From Octopus vulgaris (Eukaryota), in the NCBI GenBank assembly GCA_951406725.2, contig OX597814.1, forward strand, positions 188,852,001-188,916,000: a DNA stretch of 64,000 nucleotides. Reading direction: 5' to 3'. Positions 40,148-54,562 of the stretch are shown in pieces (position 1 is the stretch's first letter; each line of letters opens with the position of its first letter). The notes below the pieces were generated by a model, which was given only the letters and a program-made list of their open reading frames with translations, had not been told where the DNA came from and did no database searches. The translations under genes and the position numbers were made by a program.

Positions 40148-40425
40148 TGAAAAATTGAATATTTGATTTGATTAATACCAATTTAAAACCAGTGGTCTAG
40201 CAAATTAAAATCTGAAGATAGAGAAAAATTATGTTACATACATATAAGAGGGATGACAACTAGGGAAACTGTGATTAATCTATATTTTGTTTCTTTTCAT
40301 TTATCTTACTCGCTGATGTTCTGGCGTTTTCTTGAGAACATTCCTTTCTTAGTGGTAAGACCAGAGCGGATCTACTTTCAGCATATGGATGTCCACGTAG
40401 AGTTCATCCCTCTTATATGTATGTA

Positions 40426-40461
<36 letters not shown>

Positions 40462-40502
40462 CTCCGATCTCTGACTTCCTCTGAAATCAGAACGCCGTGT
40501 TG

Positions 40503-40693
40503 GATCGTTAGCCCCTACACGCAATTCTTTTCTCTCCTTGTTTCTTTTCTGTGTATCTTTCTGTCGAAGAGCGTAGGCTCGAAACGTAAAAGACTTGTTT
40601 TATTTCTATTCCTGAGCGCCATACTAATACATTGTTTGTTTGTACTCCACCTGCCTTCGTCTTCTGTTTATTTTCGTAAACCTTCCCGTTATA
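40503..40693 (+). mobile_element. P1 Penelope terminal repeat; hammerhead-like motif at 40556-40593 (CUGUCGA)
   Basis: tcttt CTGTCGA a gagc gtag gctc GAAA c GTA aaaga. Confidence 0.75.
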
Positions 40694-40753
40694 TATAGGT
40701 ATACATATATATGTTTATATATATATACATATATATGTGTGTATGTGTGTGTG

Positions 40754-40845
<92 letters not shown>

Positions 40846-40867
40846 TATATATATATATATATATATA

Positions 40868-40919
<52 letters not shown>

Positions 40920-40982
40920 TATATATATAAATATAGATATACACATGTATACACACATATAGCTATACACAGAAACACAGAT

Positions 40983-41017
<35 letters not shown>

Positions 41018-41182
41018 AGTAATTATTTCGACATTGGGTTAATAGTATGCTGATTAAAGTATATTTACTGTTTAGGCTACTTGATGTCATCCAGAAGTTT
41101 GATATAACTGTCACTAGATCTACATGAGGAATTCTGCAATGTTGATTGACTTTATTAAGAATAAAAGAAATGGAAAATGGTA

Positions 41183-41332
41183 TTCGCAAAGAATTTTATT
41201 CAACGCAATGATCGTTTCGACCCATTCTGCATTGGAGGTTGCAACACAACCAGTTGTACAGTATCCTACCTGCAAGGGACAGATGCAGGATGGGTCGAAA
41301 CGATCGTTGTGAAGAATAAAGGTTCTTGCGAA
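41183..41332. repeat. Imperfect inverted repeat carrying hammerhead 3' halves
   Basis: Arms 41183-41232 / 41283-41332; gggtcGAAACGATCGTT followed by aataaa. Confidence 0.6.
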
Positions 41333-41363
41333 CTCAAATCCATCTTCCCTTTCCCTTGTTTAT

Positions 41364-41405
<42 letters not shown>

Positions 41406-41637
41406 TAACAAGCGTAGAAATTGATGTTAATCAATTAAAACCAGTGTTTTAGCATATTTAAAAATCCGAAGATTAAAAATTGTGTTTTGTTTTGTCTTGA
41501 GTAGACATTCTTCATGGTAATGGCGATTTGACGTCTATGTTTAGCATATAGGGTGTCCACTTTAGTGGTCATTCCTCTTAATTTTATGTATATATAAATA
41601 TACCTTTATGCACGCGTATGTGTGTGACGTGAGTGGC

Positions 41638-41695
<58 letters not shown>

Positions 41696-42660
41696 TTGCT
41701 CATTCATAATTAATTTATGAATAAAGGCATATATCATAGAGACAGATAATACACCTACACATACATATATACGGGATTTTGCCTAACTGTATATTACTGA
41801 TATAAAAAAAATAGGAAACTAACCAAATTTATATGGACATTCGAAAGGAGGCGGTAAAAAACGATTGAGTGTGGTTGGAATCTTATGAAGGAGCAAGGAC
41901 TAGAAAAATAACCAGAACACGATTAAAAGTATTCTTATCCATTACATAATATAGTTATATTCTCTGTCCTTGCTGAGAGTTAGCACGGGAATGAACACGA
42001 TCGGAATAAATAGATAAAATATGCATAATATGGGAAGAAAAATATCATTTTATGGAAATCAATTATGAGGCATTTTGTGATTTGACAAAACTTTTTGTTT
42101 TTTTTTCTTTGCGCAGGATATTTCATGGAATCTTCATTTAGTAAATTCCATGAATAAGATTAAATGTAATGGAACTGCTTACATAATCTACTAGATTAAA
42201 TATATAAGCGGATGTAAATATCTAGTTAGAGTTCTCCAATATCAAGGAAGGAATATGCTACCATCAGTATCATTAACGTTAATGGAGGATAATGCGACTG
42301 TGGCATATTAATTGGTATTAGTTGAGATGCTGTAACGAAACTGCTCCATTACTCGATTGCATGCGTTGTGCATATGTTATGCTTTTATTCTTATATTCCC
42401 TCACTTGTTTCAGTCGTTAGACTCCGGCTGTACTGGAGTATTTCAAGACTAAATCTTTAGAAACTTAGTACTTATTCCATCTGTTTGGTTTACCGAACCG
42501 CTAGGTGACGGGGACTTAAACACACCAGCATCGGTTCTCAAGCAAAGGTGGGGGACAATTGCAAATACAAAGTGTTTGCACACACAAATATATATGCATA
42601 TACATACATACCTACCTACCTACATACACACATACATACATACATACATACATACATACA

Positions 42661-42691
<31 letters not shown>

Positions 42692-43174
42692 GTATACGTA
42701 TATTAGAAGGTTTGTAGGTGATGTACAGGTATTATATATTAGAAGAAATAAGGTACTCAGAAATCTGGATGGTTTTACATTTACAGATTTTTATTAATAT
42801 GTCACATGTTTTTATAAATCATATATTAGCGCTAGTATCTACTCTAGTAGAATCTCCAGATTTTATGTATACATACATATATACATATGATGATTTCTTT
42901 TGAATGAAACAGTTCTAGTCCTGTAGAAGCTCCTTCTATAAAATAAATTAATTTACTCTGCTATGTATTGAGTACCTTATTTACTGTGGTTAACCCCGAC
43001 TCAACCCGGGACCTACATATATATATATATATATATATACCACAACAGGTTTTGGTTTGTGTAAGTATATGACCATGCATCCACATATTTATAAGCATTT
43101 TTATAGACACACATACACATATATATATATATATACACATACATGCATATGTATATGTTCACACACACACATAT

Positions 43175-43528
43175 ATGGTAGTGTGGTAAGAAGCTTCATT
43201 CACAACCACGTGGTTCTGGGTTCAGTCCCTCTGCGTGACACCTTGGGCATGTGTCGACCCAAGTCTTGTGACTGGATTTGGTAGACGGAAACGGGAAGAA
43301 GTTCGTCGTGTATATATATATATATGTATATATTTATGATGGCGCCTCTTTGTGCCTGTGTTTATACCCCGCTCCCACAGTTTGACAACTGGTGCTGGTG
43401 TGTTTATATTCCCGTAAACTAGAGGTTCGGCAGCAAGATGGACCGATAGAATAAACACCAGGCTTAACGAGAAATAAGTACTGGTGTCGATTAATATGAC
43501 AAAAAATTGGCCGCAGTCTAATGACTGA

Positions 43529-43532
<4 letters not shown>
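43175..43532 (+). mobile_element. SINE family B, diverged
   Basis: Homology to B consensus. Confidence 0.8.
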
Positions 43533-43588
<56 letters not shown>

Positions 43589-43593
<5 letters not shown>

Positions 43594-43873
43594 TGCAGCG
43601 TGGAAGGTGTTTATAAGCCATTTAAGAAACACACAAAAGCCGTTCGATTCACTTCAACATTTAAGTTTAATTTGTCAAAATATTTTCGTCGCTAAAATCC
43701 GCGACCTGTTCACTGACAAAAATCCGTGCTGCATCCGGATTTTTGTCAGTGAACAGGTCGCGGATTTTAGCGACGAAAATATTTTGACAAATTAAACTTA
43801 AATGTTGAAGTGAATCGAACGGCTTTTGTGTGTTTCTTAAATGGCTTATAAACACCTTCCACGCTGCAATTGT
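43589..43873. repeat. Perfect inverted repeat, 138-bp arms, 9-nt loop
   Basis: 43589-43726 is the exact reverse complement of 43736-43873; the mirrored ORFs in the track confirm this. Confidence 0.97.
43742..43791 (+). ncRNA. Hammerhead-like motif with swapped G3-C8 pair (mirror copy on minus 43671-43720)
   Basis: tttgtca GTGAACA g gtcgc ggatttta gcgac GAAA ata TTT tgacaaa. Confidence 0.6.
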
Positions 43874-43926
43874 TCTCGTTTCAGCACACGATCTCAGATC
43901 AAATTACTTGCTATGCGAGTACATCT

Positions 43927-43962
<36 letters not shown>

Positions 43963-43966
<4 letters not shown>

Positions 43967-45030
43967 TTTTATTCTTTTACTTGTTTCAGGCATTTGACTG
44001 TGGCCATGCTGCTGGTGCACCTCCTGTAGTCGAGTAAATGGACCTCAGGACTTGTAAGCCTAATATTTATTCTATCGGAATCTTTTGCCGAACTGCTAAG
44101 TTACGAGGGAGTAAACACACCAGCATCGGGTATCAAGCGATGTTAGCAGAGCAACAGAGACACACAAACACACACACATCCCCCCAAACACACACACTAG
44201 CGGCTTCTTTCATTTTCCTTCTTCCAAATACACTCAGAAGTCTTTGGTCGGCCCGAGTAGGAGACACTTGGTGCCACTCGGTACCCAAAGGCCACGCAGT
44301 GGTACTGAACCCGAAATCATGTGGTTGGTAAGCAAGCTACTATATTATTCATTAAATTTGCCATATAGGCAGCACATAGATAAGTTATCTTTGGGGGCTG
44401 GACACAGATATTGATGAGGCGAATGATTATGATACAAAAATTATAAAGATGGGAGAAGACAGAAAGCTTCTCTAAAACATTGTTCTTTAAAAATACATAT
44501 ACAGAGGTATTAACCCTCTTACAATTTTTAGATACCATATATTTGGACTAAAAAGTCCATACAATTATAAAACACAATTTATACACAAATTGGAGGCAAT
44601 AAACCTCTACAGTCCTTCGGCGAGTAATTTTCTTGCAATTCGGAGCTCAAAAAAAAAAAAAAAAATTCTATAATTCTCGTTTTTACACGAGCCAATTGTG
44701 AGATCACAATACTTTCTTTCCAGCACCATAGCAGCCACCTGCGTAGACCACTCTGGGCTGTCAATACAAGTCGGGTCCCCCAGGACCCGACTATCCATAT
44801 TATTTTCCACGAAATTGTCAATAGCCACTCCCTTGAGATTGAAGAACATATATCCTTCACCACTTTCACTGGGAGGGGCCTCAACTCCCTCGCCCGGTGG
44901 AATACCTCCCACCGAAGGGGTTTCGGGACATGCGGTCGCCGGCATTGCCCCGTTTTTCATTTTACCTTTCTTTTTCCTTTTACGACGGGAGGGTGGAAAG
45001 CTACTAACCACACACCCACTCCTGCGTTTA
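43963..45030 (-). mobile_element. SINE family B split by a 655-bp insertion (44343-44997)
   Basis: B body 43963-44342 and B head 44998-45030; duplicated aagctacta on both sides of the insert. Confidence 0.8.
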
Positions 45031-45043
45031 TATGTATATGTGC

Positions 45044-45117
<74 letters not shown>

Positions 45118-47149
45118 ATAGTTGAAAAAGTTTTAAGAGTCCATACAAATCAAAACTTACAAAAAAGTAAATGAAGTTGGAAAAGCTCAGAAGTATATTT
45201 AAAGAATGTTTAATATATTTGTTACAATGGATGGTTTATAATATAATCGGTTTCGATGCATCTATCTGATCAAATATTAAATGGAATTTTGGGAAGTGAA
45301 AGAGGTAAATATATAGGGGTTAACGCTTTTTACTCATGTTCTTAGTTCAGATATCGGATTTACTATGGGTTAAATAACATCATCATCACCACCAACAACG
45401 ACAACAAAAGCCACGTACCACGGACACTGTTGAAGTATGTATGAGATGTAATAGATATGAGTTTTAGAAACTACTACGGCAATAAATAAAGGCTTGTTAA
45501 AATATAGAGTAAAAGCTGAAGACGTTCAGAGTTTACACTGATACATAAGTAATGTTAAATTACTGATACATAAATGCGTCATCAACCTCTATTGATATAT
45601 TTAGTCTTGTATGTATCAACAAAAACAACAGATAATTAATTGGTTCTTACTTTTGTTCTCAGAGTTGATACTTTCATCTTTATATATGCATGCTTGTATT
45701 ATTACTCAGATAAATACCTTTGTATAATCTCTGTAAACTAGTGCAATTTCCGTTTTCTTAGTAAACTTCCAGTTGGGAATTTTGTGAAATACCTAATGTT
45801 GACTCATTGGTAGCGTTTTGTGTTTTAGACCACGGATGAGCGAATAGTTACATTAACACCACTTTGACTTTAAGAAGTCAATAAATACAAAAGTGAATGT
45901 TTGTTTGAAACACTATATATATTTAAATAAGATTCTTTATTTTGTGAATGAATACTTTCATGGTCTATGTAATTCTTTACAAACTAAGAAGGTGAACGTT
46001 CCGGATGATTCTCACTTTCGATAGTGTTATACTTTTCACAAACAACATTTGAAATCACCTTTTTATTTTCATGCGTTGAGATATCTATGGAATACAATAC
46101 AGAATTGTAGAAGTACAATGCTTTAATCCAGCGCCTATATTTTACTTATATTAGGTCAGATCGGTAACCGAGTTATATACATTAGTATAGATAGTAACAT
46201 CACCTATCGGTTCAAACTATGCTATGTTTGACTGCTTTCAACCCTGTGAGATCAATAAAATAAGAAACTATCAAATATTGGAATCGATTATATCGAGAAA
46301 ATCTTCATTCTAAATTCGTAGCATTGTGCCAATATTAGAAGACATTAGTAGTCAATGCTTGAATATTTAGACATGTCAAGGAAACTTGCAAAATTTGGGA
46401 AAATTATTAATTTTTATAGAATCTAAGTTGCTGGGGTTGTTTCATTGAATTTTGAATTAAACGCATTTCTGTAAGGATTACCAACCTACTAGAGGTAATA
46501 CTTGACAATTATAAACTCTGACAAATTAGCAACACTTCGGTACTCTTGTCATAGGAATGCTGAGAATTTTCTATGGTTCATGTAGTTGGTTCAACGGACC
46601 ACAGTTTCCGAAGGGAACCTATTATCAGAAGCTTTAGATGCAATTTTTGGTGTGAAGTATATACGGGAGTATTTACGGTGGTCATTATTTCGTAACAGAT
46701 ATTGGTGAGGATGATAAAGAAACTATAGACACACCAGTCATGAGAATAACTCTTGAATATTTCAAAATATGAATGTTTCAGGTGCGAAGTACCGAGGTGC
46801 AAACTAAATCACTGTATATTGTTTGAAGGATTGTAATTGCTCTGCGGTGTCCGATACTGAACAGAAGTACTGCTTCGTTTCAGCTTCATTCTGCTGAGTT
46901 ATGTGTAAGTGAACGGAATACAAAGGGCGAACTTCAAAGACTACTTGAAGAGGTGAAGCTATATTAATAGTTTATAGCAGCTTCTTAATTTAGTTGGTAC
47001 TGAGTGTATACGCAAAGAGAATATTTGTCATGACTCCATGGTCTACTCTTTCAATTTCTCCGAACACATTACACTGTCATGTATCTTGCTTGTGTAGCGG
47101 ACTGGAAAAGCATCGCCAGTTCTCAGTAGGAAAATAGTCGCATTTCCAA

Positions 47150-48400
47150 AGAAGGCTATACCAATAAATGTACAGTGGAAGATTTGGGCCATGGTTCTAT
47201 TGATCCTTGTGGCACTTGTTCTGGATAGTGCCATTAAGCTCCAAGAATTCAAATCAGTCAAATGCGTCCAATAGATCTGTTCATCGCTAACTGGTTGATG
47301 ATTCTTGCGTAGATGGTTTTAATCCTGTTTTTAAAAGTTTTCATAAGGCATCTTTTTGATGGCCGGAGTAAATGGATATATAAGCGAGTCGTTTCGTAAA
47401 TGAACCGTCTGGCATCATCATCTCAACTGGTTTTGGCTCCTGAACAGTTTTTATGGAAGCTGGATGAATTGAATAATGCAATTCTCGAAGCGGGATGCAA
47501 TAAGGTAATGTTGCATGTGTGGGTGACGTTATCATCTCTTTATCAGATATATAGAAATTAGAATTAATAGATTGCATTTGTAGAAAAGGCAAACTCCTTT
47601 CGTGAGAAAACCAGTCTGGTATCCAGTCTGGTATTAACATTTAAGGAGAATTTTATGATGATTTCGCTAATAATGAAAAGCAAACACTGAGGCTGCGATA
47701 TCTGCAGAGGTTTTCCGGCGACCGGCATTTGTGCTATACGTTGTATGAAATACTTTTCCGAACCTAATGTAGTTGAGCTGCTATCCTGAAAATCAGAGAA
47801 TTCTCGACTTCTGTTGAATTGCCATATTCTTACAGACCTCTGCGAGCTTGGCTATGCGAGCCATCGCTTTCACTCTTACATTCACTATAGATTTGGAATT
47901 GGATTATGAACAATAGCTTGCTTATGTCTTGATTTTCGATGATAATGGCTTAAGTAAATCTTTTGAAGGATGGCACCGGAATTTCTGCAAGTTTATTACA
48001 AAGACGACACAGCTGACTTCCTTTGTGAAGGAATCGCAGGTAGATCCTTTCACTTGATAGCTGCTTTTGCTGAAAAGCTGAAGAATAAAATTTCCTCTAC
48101 TTTTATAAGTATTAATCCATAAGACAAACGGGAAAGGAGCTGTGTGTCTTCAGTAAATCTCTTGAGAAATGTATGAGAACTGCAATTATAATGTGGAAAG
48201 AATCGTAAAATCTTTAGACTGTATTGCTGCTTGGAGTCGGAAGAAAAGTGGTTGTGATTTGGGGTGGGATAAAAGGCATTATTATCCGTAGCAATCTTTA
48301 CATAAGTTTTATTATGTACTTTGTATATTGAAAATATTTGAAATACTTGCATCATATATGCTGCATACATCCTTGAGCAGGAAGACTGAATTTAATGTGG
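47150..48400 (-). mobile_element. Possible ancient RTE-like LINE relic
   Basis: Only weak residual motifs (MPDGSFTKRLAY; LAMNRS); heavily decayed. Confidence 0.3.
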
Positions 48401-49009
48401 ATGGCAAAAATGTTAAAGTCACGCAACATCATTTGCGGTATTTAGTAGTTTCCCTTCCATAAACGTGCGTTGAAAAAGTTTCAGACAGAAAATATCTAGG
48501 ACTATATTATCCAATGTAGTATATTTTGTTTTAATTTCAAAAAGACGAGGTTGGTTCTATTGGAATTTTCTGAGCCAAGGTCTGCATATCGAGTGATTAT
48601 GATAAGATTCCCTCGTGTAATATTCCAGTGTGCCCCGTTTGAACAGGTGGAATAATTATGATAATATCACATGATTTAGATAAATGAAACAAAAGATGTG
48701 TAAAGAATAGTAGTTACAATATAGACATTAGTCACATTGTTTCTGAAAGCTACTTTGGTTTAAAAATGGAAATAAATTAAATCTGGGAGAAATGTGTTTC
48801 GCCGATGGCAATACTTAATCAAGGAAAGAGAAGCAGAATTTAAAAAGGAATCGTTAAGGCCAACACCAACACCATCACCAACACCAACAACTGATTAGAT
48901 TAGAATATGAGCGGAAACAAAAACAAAATTTCATCCAATGATTAATTTGTATATACTGATCTTTCCTATTTGAGGAAAAAAAAAAAGCACTTTGTACATT
49001 GAGTGGAGG

Positions 49010-49225
49010 CAATGTTGGTTTCAAGTTTTGGCACAAGGCCAGAGGTTTTGAGGGCGGTGTTAAGTTAATTACAACAACTCTAGTGCTCAACTGGTATTTT
49101 ATCGACTCCGAAAAGATGAAAGGCAGAGTCGATTGCGGCAGAATATGCACTCAAAGCGTAAAGGCGGTTGAAATATCACTAAGTATTTTGCTCGGCGTGC
49201 AAACGATTCTGCCAGCTCGCTGCTT
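49010..49225 (-). mobile_element. SINE family C-related, diverged
   Basis: tatcgactccgaaaagatgaaaggcagagtcga...acgattctgccagctcgc. Confidence 0.75.
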
Positions 49226-49521
49226 TATTGCTGAAGCAGTATCAAAATGTGTTTGCTCAAGGTGATACGCATTAGGATGGAAATCGGGACTTCATGTGCG
49301 AAGAAGACTTTTTATCCATTCGAAGACACATACTATACTTATCATTCAGTCAAATTATCTCCCCTTACGTCAATGTCAACTTCGCATTTTGCATCTTACA
49401 AAAGAAATGTAATAAAGGGCAGACAAAATACTGAGTTCTATTTATTCAGCCTTTGAATGTAGTAATATAGTATACACGCAGTCCAATTACATAAACCAGT
49501 AAAAGAAGGATGAAAATGATA

Positions 49522-49772
49522 TATCATCATCATCATTGTTCGACCGTGGTCGAGACAATGGAATTTACCATGCTACGCCAGACTTCACGGTCAATCATGG
49601 CATTACGGAGGTCCTGTTGCTGGATGCCTGTATCCCTGGAGATTACATCAGGGTAGGGGAGTGTGCGCCCTCTGGTATTGCGAGTAGATGGCTTCCAGAG
49701 GAGAAGAGTAGAAATTACCTCTTTTTCAGCACTACAACAATGTTCAGCAAACTGGACTCTCTTACCTTTCAC
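49522..49772 (-). mobile_element. RTE-group LINE 3' end (same family as 29460)
   Basis: Near-identical peptide and (TGA)n tail. Confidence 0.82.
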
Positions 49773-49886
49773 AAATGATATATACATCCATCCATCCATC
49801 CATCCATCCATCCATCCATCCATCCATACATACATACATACATTCATACATACAACATAATTGATAGATACATACATACATATACG

Positions 49887-49937
<51 letters not shown>

Positions 49938-49939
<2 letters not shown>

Positions 49940-50170
49940 GCGCGTGGCTTAGTGGCTTAGTGGCTAGGGTGTCAGCATTATGATCGTAAGATTGTGGTTT
50001 CGATTCTTTGACTGGGCGACGCGTTGTGTTCTTGAGCAAAACACTTCATTTCACATTGCTCCAGTCCACTCAGCTGGCAAAAATGAGTAAAGCTGGGGAA
50101 CACATACGCCATAGAAACCGGGAAACCAGGCCCATGAGCCTGGCTAGGCTTTAAAAGAGCGCAAGAAGAC
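49938..50170 (+). mobile_element. tRNA-derived SINE related to family D, with a different tail
   Basis: tggcttagtgg A box, gtttcgattc B box, gttcttgagcaaaacacttcatttcacattgctccagtccactcagctg core. Confidence 0.7.
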
Positions 50171-50206
50171 AAGAAGAATATGTATGTATATATATATATA
50201 TATATC

Positions 50207-50620
50207 CTTGTAATGTTACTGGCCCTGATGTATCTTTTGAATTGGATTCATTCTCTCGGCGTCGTGTGGCTCTGTCTCTTTTCGTTAAGTATTTTCATGG
50301 ACATTGTTCAGCTGAGCTCTCTTTTCTGGTTCCTCCTTTAAGAACTTACCAGTTATTAACTAAACTTGCATCCAGTTCTCAAGAGTATACTGTGCAACCT
50401 CCTGATTGTCGTAAAGCACTTTACAGCACCAGTTTCATCCCTCGCACCTCTTAACTTTGGAATTCCCTTCCACAGAGTTGTTTTCCCCTTCAATATGACC
50501 TCCTCTCTTTCAAGTCTAATGTACATTGTCACCTATTGACTTCTGTCAAGTGTCCATTGTATTCGAGTAGCTCTTACGCTTTCAGTGTTCTAAGGACCTT
50601 GTAACGAGCGAATGCTTAAT
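50207..50620 (+). mobile_element. CR1/Jockey-group LINE 3' fragment
   Basis: RRRVALSLFVKYFHGHCSAELSFLVP...YSTSFIPRTS*LWNSLP. Confidence 0.7.
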
Positions 50621-51468
50621 ATATATGCATATATATCAACTAACGTAGCCGGTAATTCTCGGAAAAGCGGGGCTTATGCCTTGGTTCCTTTCTCATAATT
50701 GCTTCACTAATCCAATAACAACAATACAAAGTATGTAGCCCATGAAAACGGTTTTTGTGCAATTACAGAGAATACCCAACTGTCTTACACAGGATCTTGC
50801 TTTTAGGAATTCTGTATAAATTATAAAAACACAAATTGTGAAGTCAGTTATGTAGTAACATGAAATTAGTTACCCGATATTAAGAATTCAAATAAAGTAG
50901 CCCCCAAAAGGGATTTAATGCGCTCCCAGAGTATATAGATCATGGGAGGAAATACCAATAAGGTATGCATACTAAAATCTTGAAGTATGTTACGTAATAA
51001 CAGACTAATCAGATATGAGATAATAACAATTCAATGTAAATAACTCTGAAGAGTGCTTTTATACGTTCACAGAGAATATTACCCTCAGGGGCGCTAGTGT
51101 TGGTATATCCGTTAATAAATCACTAACCGATATAGGTGGATCTATTGTTAAGGAAAATACTATTTACATGCTTAAGGGTTGTACTGCAAAAATATCTCTA
51201 ACAGTTCAAATTCTAAGAAAAGAAATAGGCAAACTCAATTTGATTTATATCAAATAATCTAGGAAAGCGTATGGGTTATTTCCCTTGGTTATATACAATG
51301 ATCCCTTCCAGGAACCCTATTACCAATTTTTTTTCAACAAACTGAGTACGCCGTAAGGTTTCCATACATGAATTCTACTCACGTGTCAAGTTTCAATAAC
51401 ACGACGTAGGAGGATTTAGTCAAGAACTCCACAAACACACCCACAGACAAGAATTTCCCACATATGTA

Positions 51469-51507
<39 letters not shown>

Positions 51508-51529
51508 TACATAATACTTTACATTTTAG

Positions 51530-51578
<49 letters not shown>

Positions 51579-52190
51579 GTATATCCCAATAGTAAATCTA
51601 AATAGTAAAGTGAAATCAATGATAAGCAGTTTCTCCATGAAAAGTATTAATTACAACCATGTTTCTGTTGATGAAACGTGTTTCTCTGTCTACCTACTTA
51701 CCCTCTTTGTGATGTTGGTAAATGGAATAAGTATAAAAATGAATATTTTCAATCTTTTCAATTTAACTAAATTCTATATCTATATGCAGCTGAAGATTGC
51801 TCTACATTTTAAAACTGATGTAATACTTGAATTGTTTAATTAAATGGAGTCGCATGAAACGATCGAACTGCATTACCTTTGGATATACTTGTTGCTTAGT
51901 TTGATTATATATATAAAAAATTTGTAATAATGAAGTCAGACCAAATATTTATACTTTGATAGCACTTAAGTATGTTTCAAATCTTGCCTAATATTTAATA
52001 GGAAATACAACCCCTTATAGGAAACCTTCTTCAGTTATTGCATTTCAAAATATTTTGAAATGTTTTAACTGAAGATCTGGCGTAAAATGATACATTCCCT
52101 CCATATATATTACGCATGATCTGAAAAAAACACGTATTGAATACATTCTAAACACATGTCTTAGGTTTGATTTCATTATCAAAAATCATG

Positions 52191-52405
52191 TGAAAGCGGC
52201 AAGCTGGCAGAATCGGTCGCACACTGCACAAAATGCTTAGCGCCATTTCGTCCGTCTTGACGTTCTGAGATCGAATTCCGCCCAAGTCGACTTTCATTCT
52301 TTCGGTATCGATAAAATGTATAATATTTGAACACTGGAGTCGATGTAATCGACTAACCACTTTCCCTCAAATTTCAGGCCTTGTGCCTATAGTGGAAAGT
52401 CTTAT
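52191..52405 (+). mobile_element. SINE family C-related, diverged
   Basis: Head and central-domain homology; another fragment at 52620-52750. Confidence 0.7.
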
Positions 52406-53287
52406 TGAAAATTATGTGACTTGTAAGCCCAAGCTTGTCTCTCTTCATTTCATTTACGCGGATTCCCTAACAAGGATTCGTTGAATTTATTGAATGTCAC
52501 TCGAGTCAAAAATCGTGGGGCCGTGGAGTTGTTTCGATTCAAAGCACGATATATATATTTTAGGAAAAAAATTATTTGGTTTCTTAATTCTGACTGCATA
52601 GCTATGCATATATAAATATCTCAAATTCGACATTGCTTTTCATCCTTTCAGGATTAATAAAATGAGTACCAACTGAGCATTGGTGTCGAGGTAATCGATT
52701 TAGCCACTCATTCAAAATGTACTGTCCTCGTGCCTAAATTTGAAACCATTATATGTTGTCATTTCATACTATTGAATTTTTTTCCTCTTCATTATAACTT
52801 TGAATATTTCGTAATTTTGAACTTAAATTCTTTCCTTTTGGTCGTCGCTTTCGATCTATGGCGAACTATATAAGAAAATTTTCATGATATCTTTCTACCT
52901 TTAATATAGTAGTATGGTTAAACATGTCATTATGATATTACTGTATTTTATTTTCTAAGTTATTAGATTCAACATTGAATTAATTGTATTGATTTTCTAC
53001 ATAACCCAAATATATTTTTTCCATGTTCTTACGTATTTAGAAATTGGATTTTGTTACTTTATTTTGATCGACCTTTTTTACTGTGTCTCTGTCTCCAATT
53101 TCTTTTTCCATTCTTTTTTTTTTGTTAGCCTCCTTTCATCCTTCAGTAATGATACCTTTAGGTCTCTAAATAAAATTTCTAACTACCACATGCTTTCTAA
53201 TCGCTTCTACTTAACCTGACTTTTGTAATTGCTTATCTGTATTTATTACAAATTACCAACTGTAACTTATAATATCCTTAACGTACA

Positions 53288-53511
53288 GAAAGCGGCGAGC
53301 TGGCAGAAACGTTAGCACGCCAGGCGAAATGCGTAGCCGTATTTCGTCTGCCGCTACGTTCCGAGTTCAAATTCCGCCGAGGTCGACTTTGCCTTTCATC
53401 CTTTCGGGGTCGATAAATTAAGTACCAGTTACGCACTGGGGTCTATGTAATCGACTTAATCCCTTCGTTTGCCCCCTCTGTGTTTAGCCCCTTGTGGGTA
53501 GTAAAGAAATA
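53288..53511 (+). mobile_element. SINE family C
   Basis: Full monomer. Confidence 0.9.
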
Positions 53512-54026
53512 TATAATATCCTTAAACTACTGTCTGCTCTTCTGTTTGTTTTTACTTTTTTCCTCCTTTTCCGTCTCTTTTTCTCTTGTATGTGTTTCTC
53601 CTTCTCTGACAAGCAACAAAGCAAACCCCACTCGACCGTTTTTATAGGAAGTATATTTATGTATAAAAGTCTTACTTGATTTCTGTGATACTCATTCACC
53701 CTTGTCTTTGAAATTCATAACTGTAAGGGACATAGTTCTCAAACTCTTGGTTTTCAAAAGAGTTATAGCGTTTTTATTTCGATAATATTTATACATATTT
53801 TTGGCCAATGGTCAATCGTTTTCATCCAGTTATGTTCCTGTAATTTTGAAATGTTTAGTCAGGTTTAAAATTTTAGCTCACGTGTTACTAAATGATTATC
53901 ACTGCATCATTCATAAACATTCAGAAGCCATCATATTGCTCGAGATACTAACGACGCTATCTCATATTTGGTCGCGTGAAAATCTCAGTAATATTCCTGA
54001 ACAGTTTCCAGTTTCCATAGCACACT

Positions 54027-54262
<236 letters not shown>

Positions 54263-54264
54263 TC

Positions 54265-54562
54265 TTCCCACGGATAAACCTTACTTGCTTTCCCCTTTAC
54301 ACCATACATCATGACACTGTGATACACGATCCCTATTGATCGTTTCTTTTCCTCTCCCCTATTTTCCTCTTTTTTCTTCTTTTTTCATTTTTTTTTCCCT
54401 TTTCCTTTTTTTTCTTTTCCTTTTTTTCCTTTCTTTCTTTTTTTTGTTCTTTTTTCCCTTTTGATCGAAAACCTACGCCATTTTTTTTTCTCCCCCAAGA
54501 CAAAAGCTCTACCTTGTAACTTGTCCCATCTGTGTGCAGCCCTGTGTGGCCAATAAAGAAAC
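54265..54562 (+). mobile_element. Probable LINE 3' UTR embedded in (CTAT)n
   Basis: T-rich tract then aaaagctctac..tgtccc.tctgtgt..agccctg.gtggccaataaagaaa; the same end occurs at 25125-25193. Confidence 0.5.

Noticed and set aside
43607-43855. Mirror-image 62-aa ORFs
   Set aside because: Consequence of the palindrome; no coding evidence.
45120-45350. Further possible hammerhead remnants (also ~24480-24580, 41020-41090, 42885-42920, 44510-44625)
   Set aside because: Only half-motifs; core or stems too eroded to support a call.
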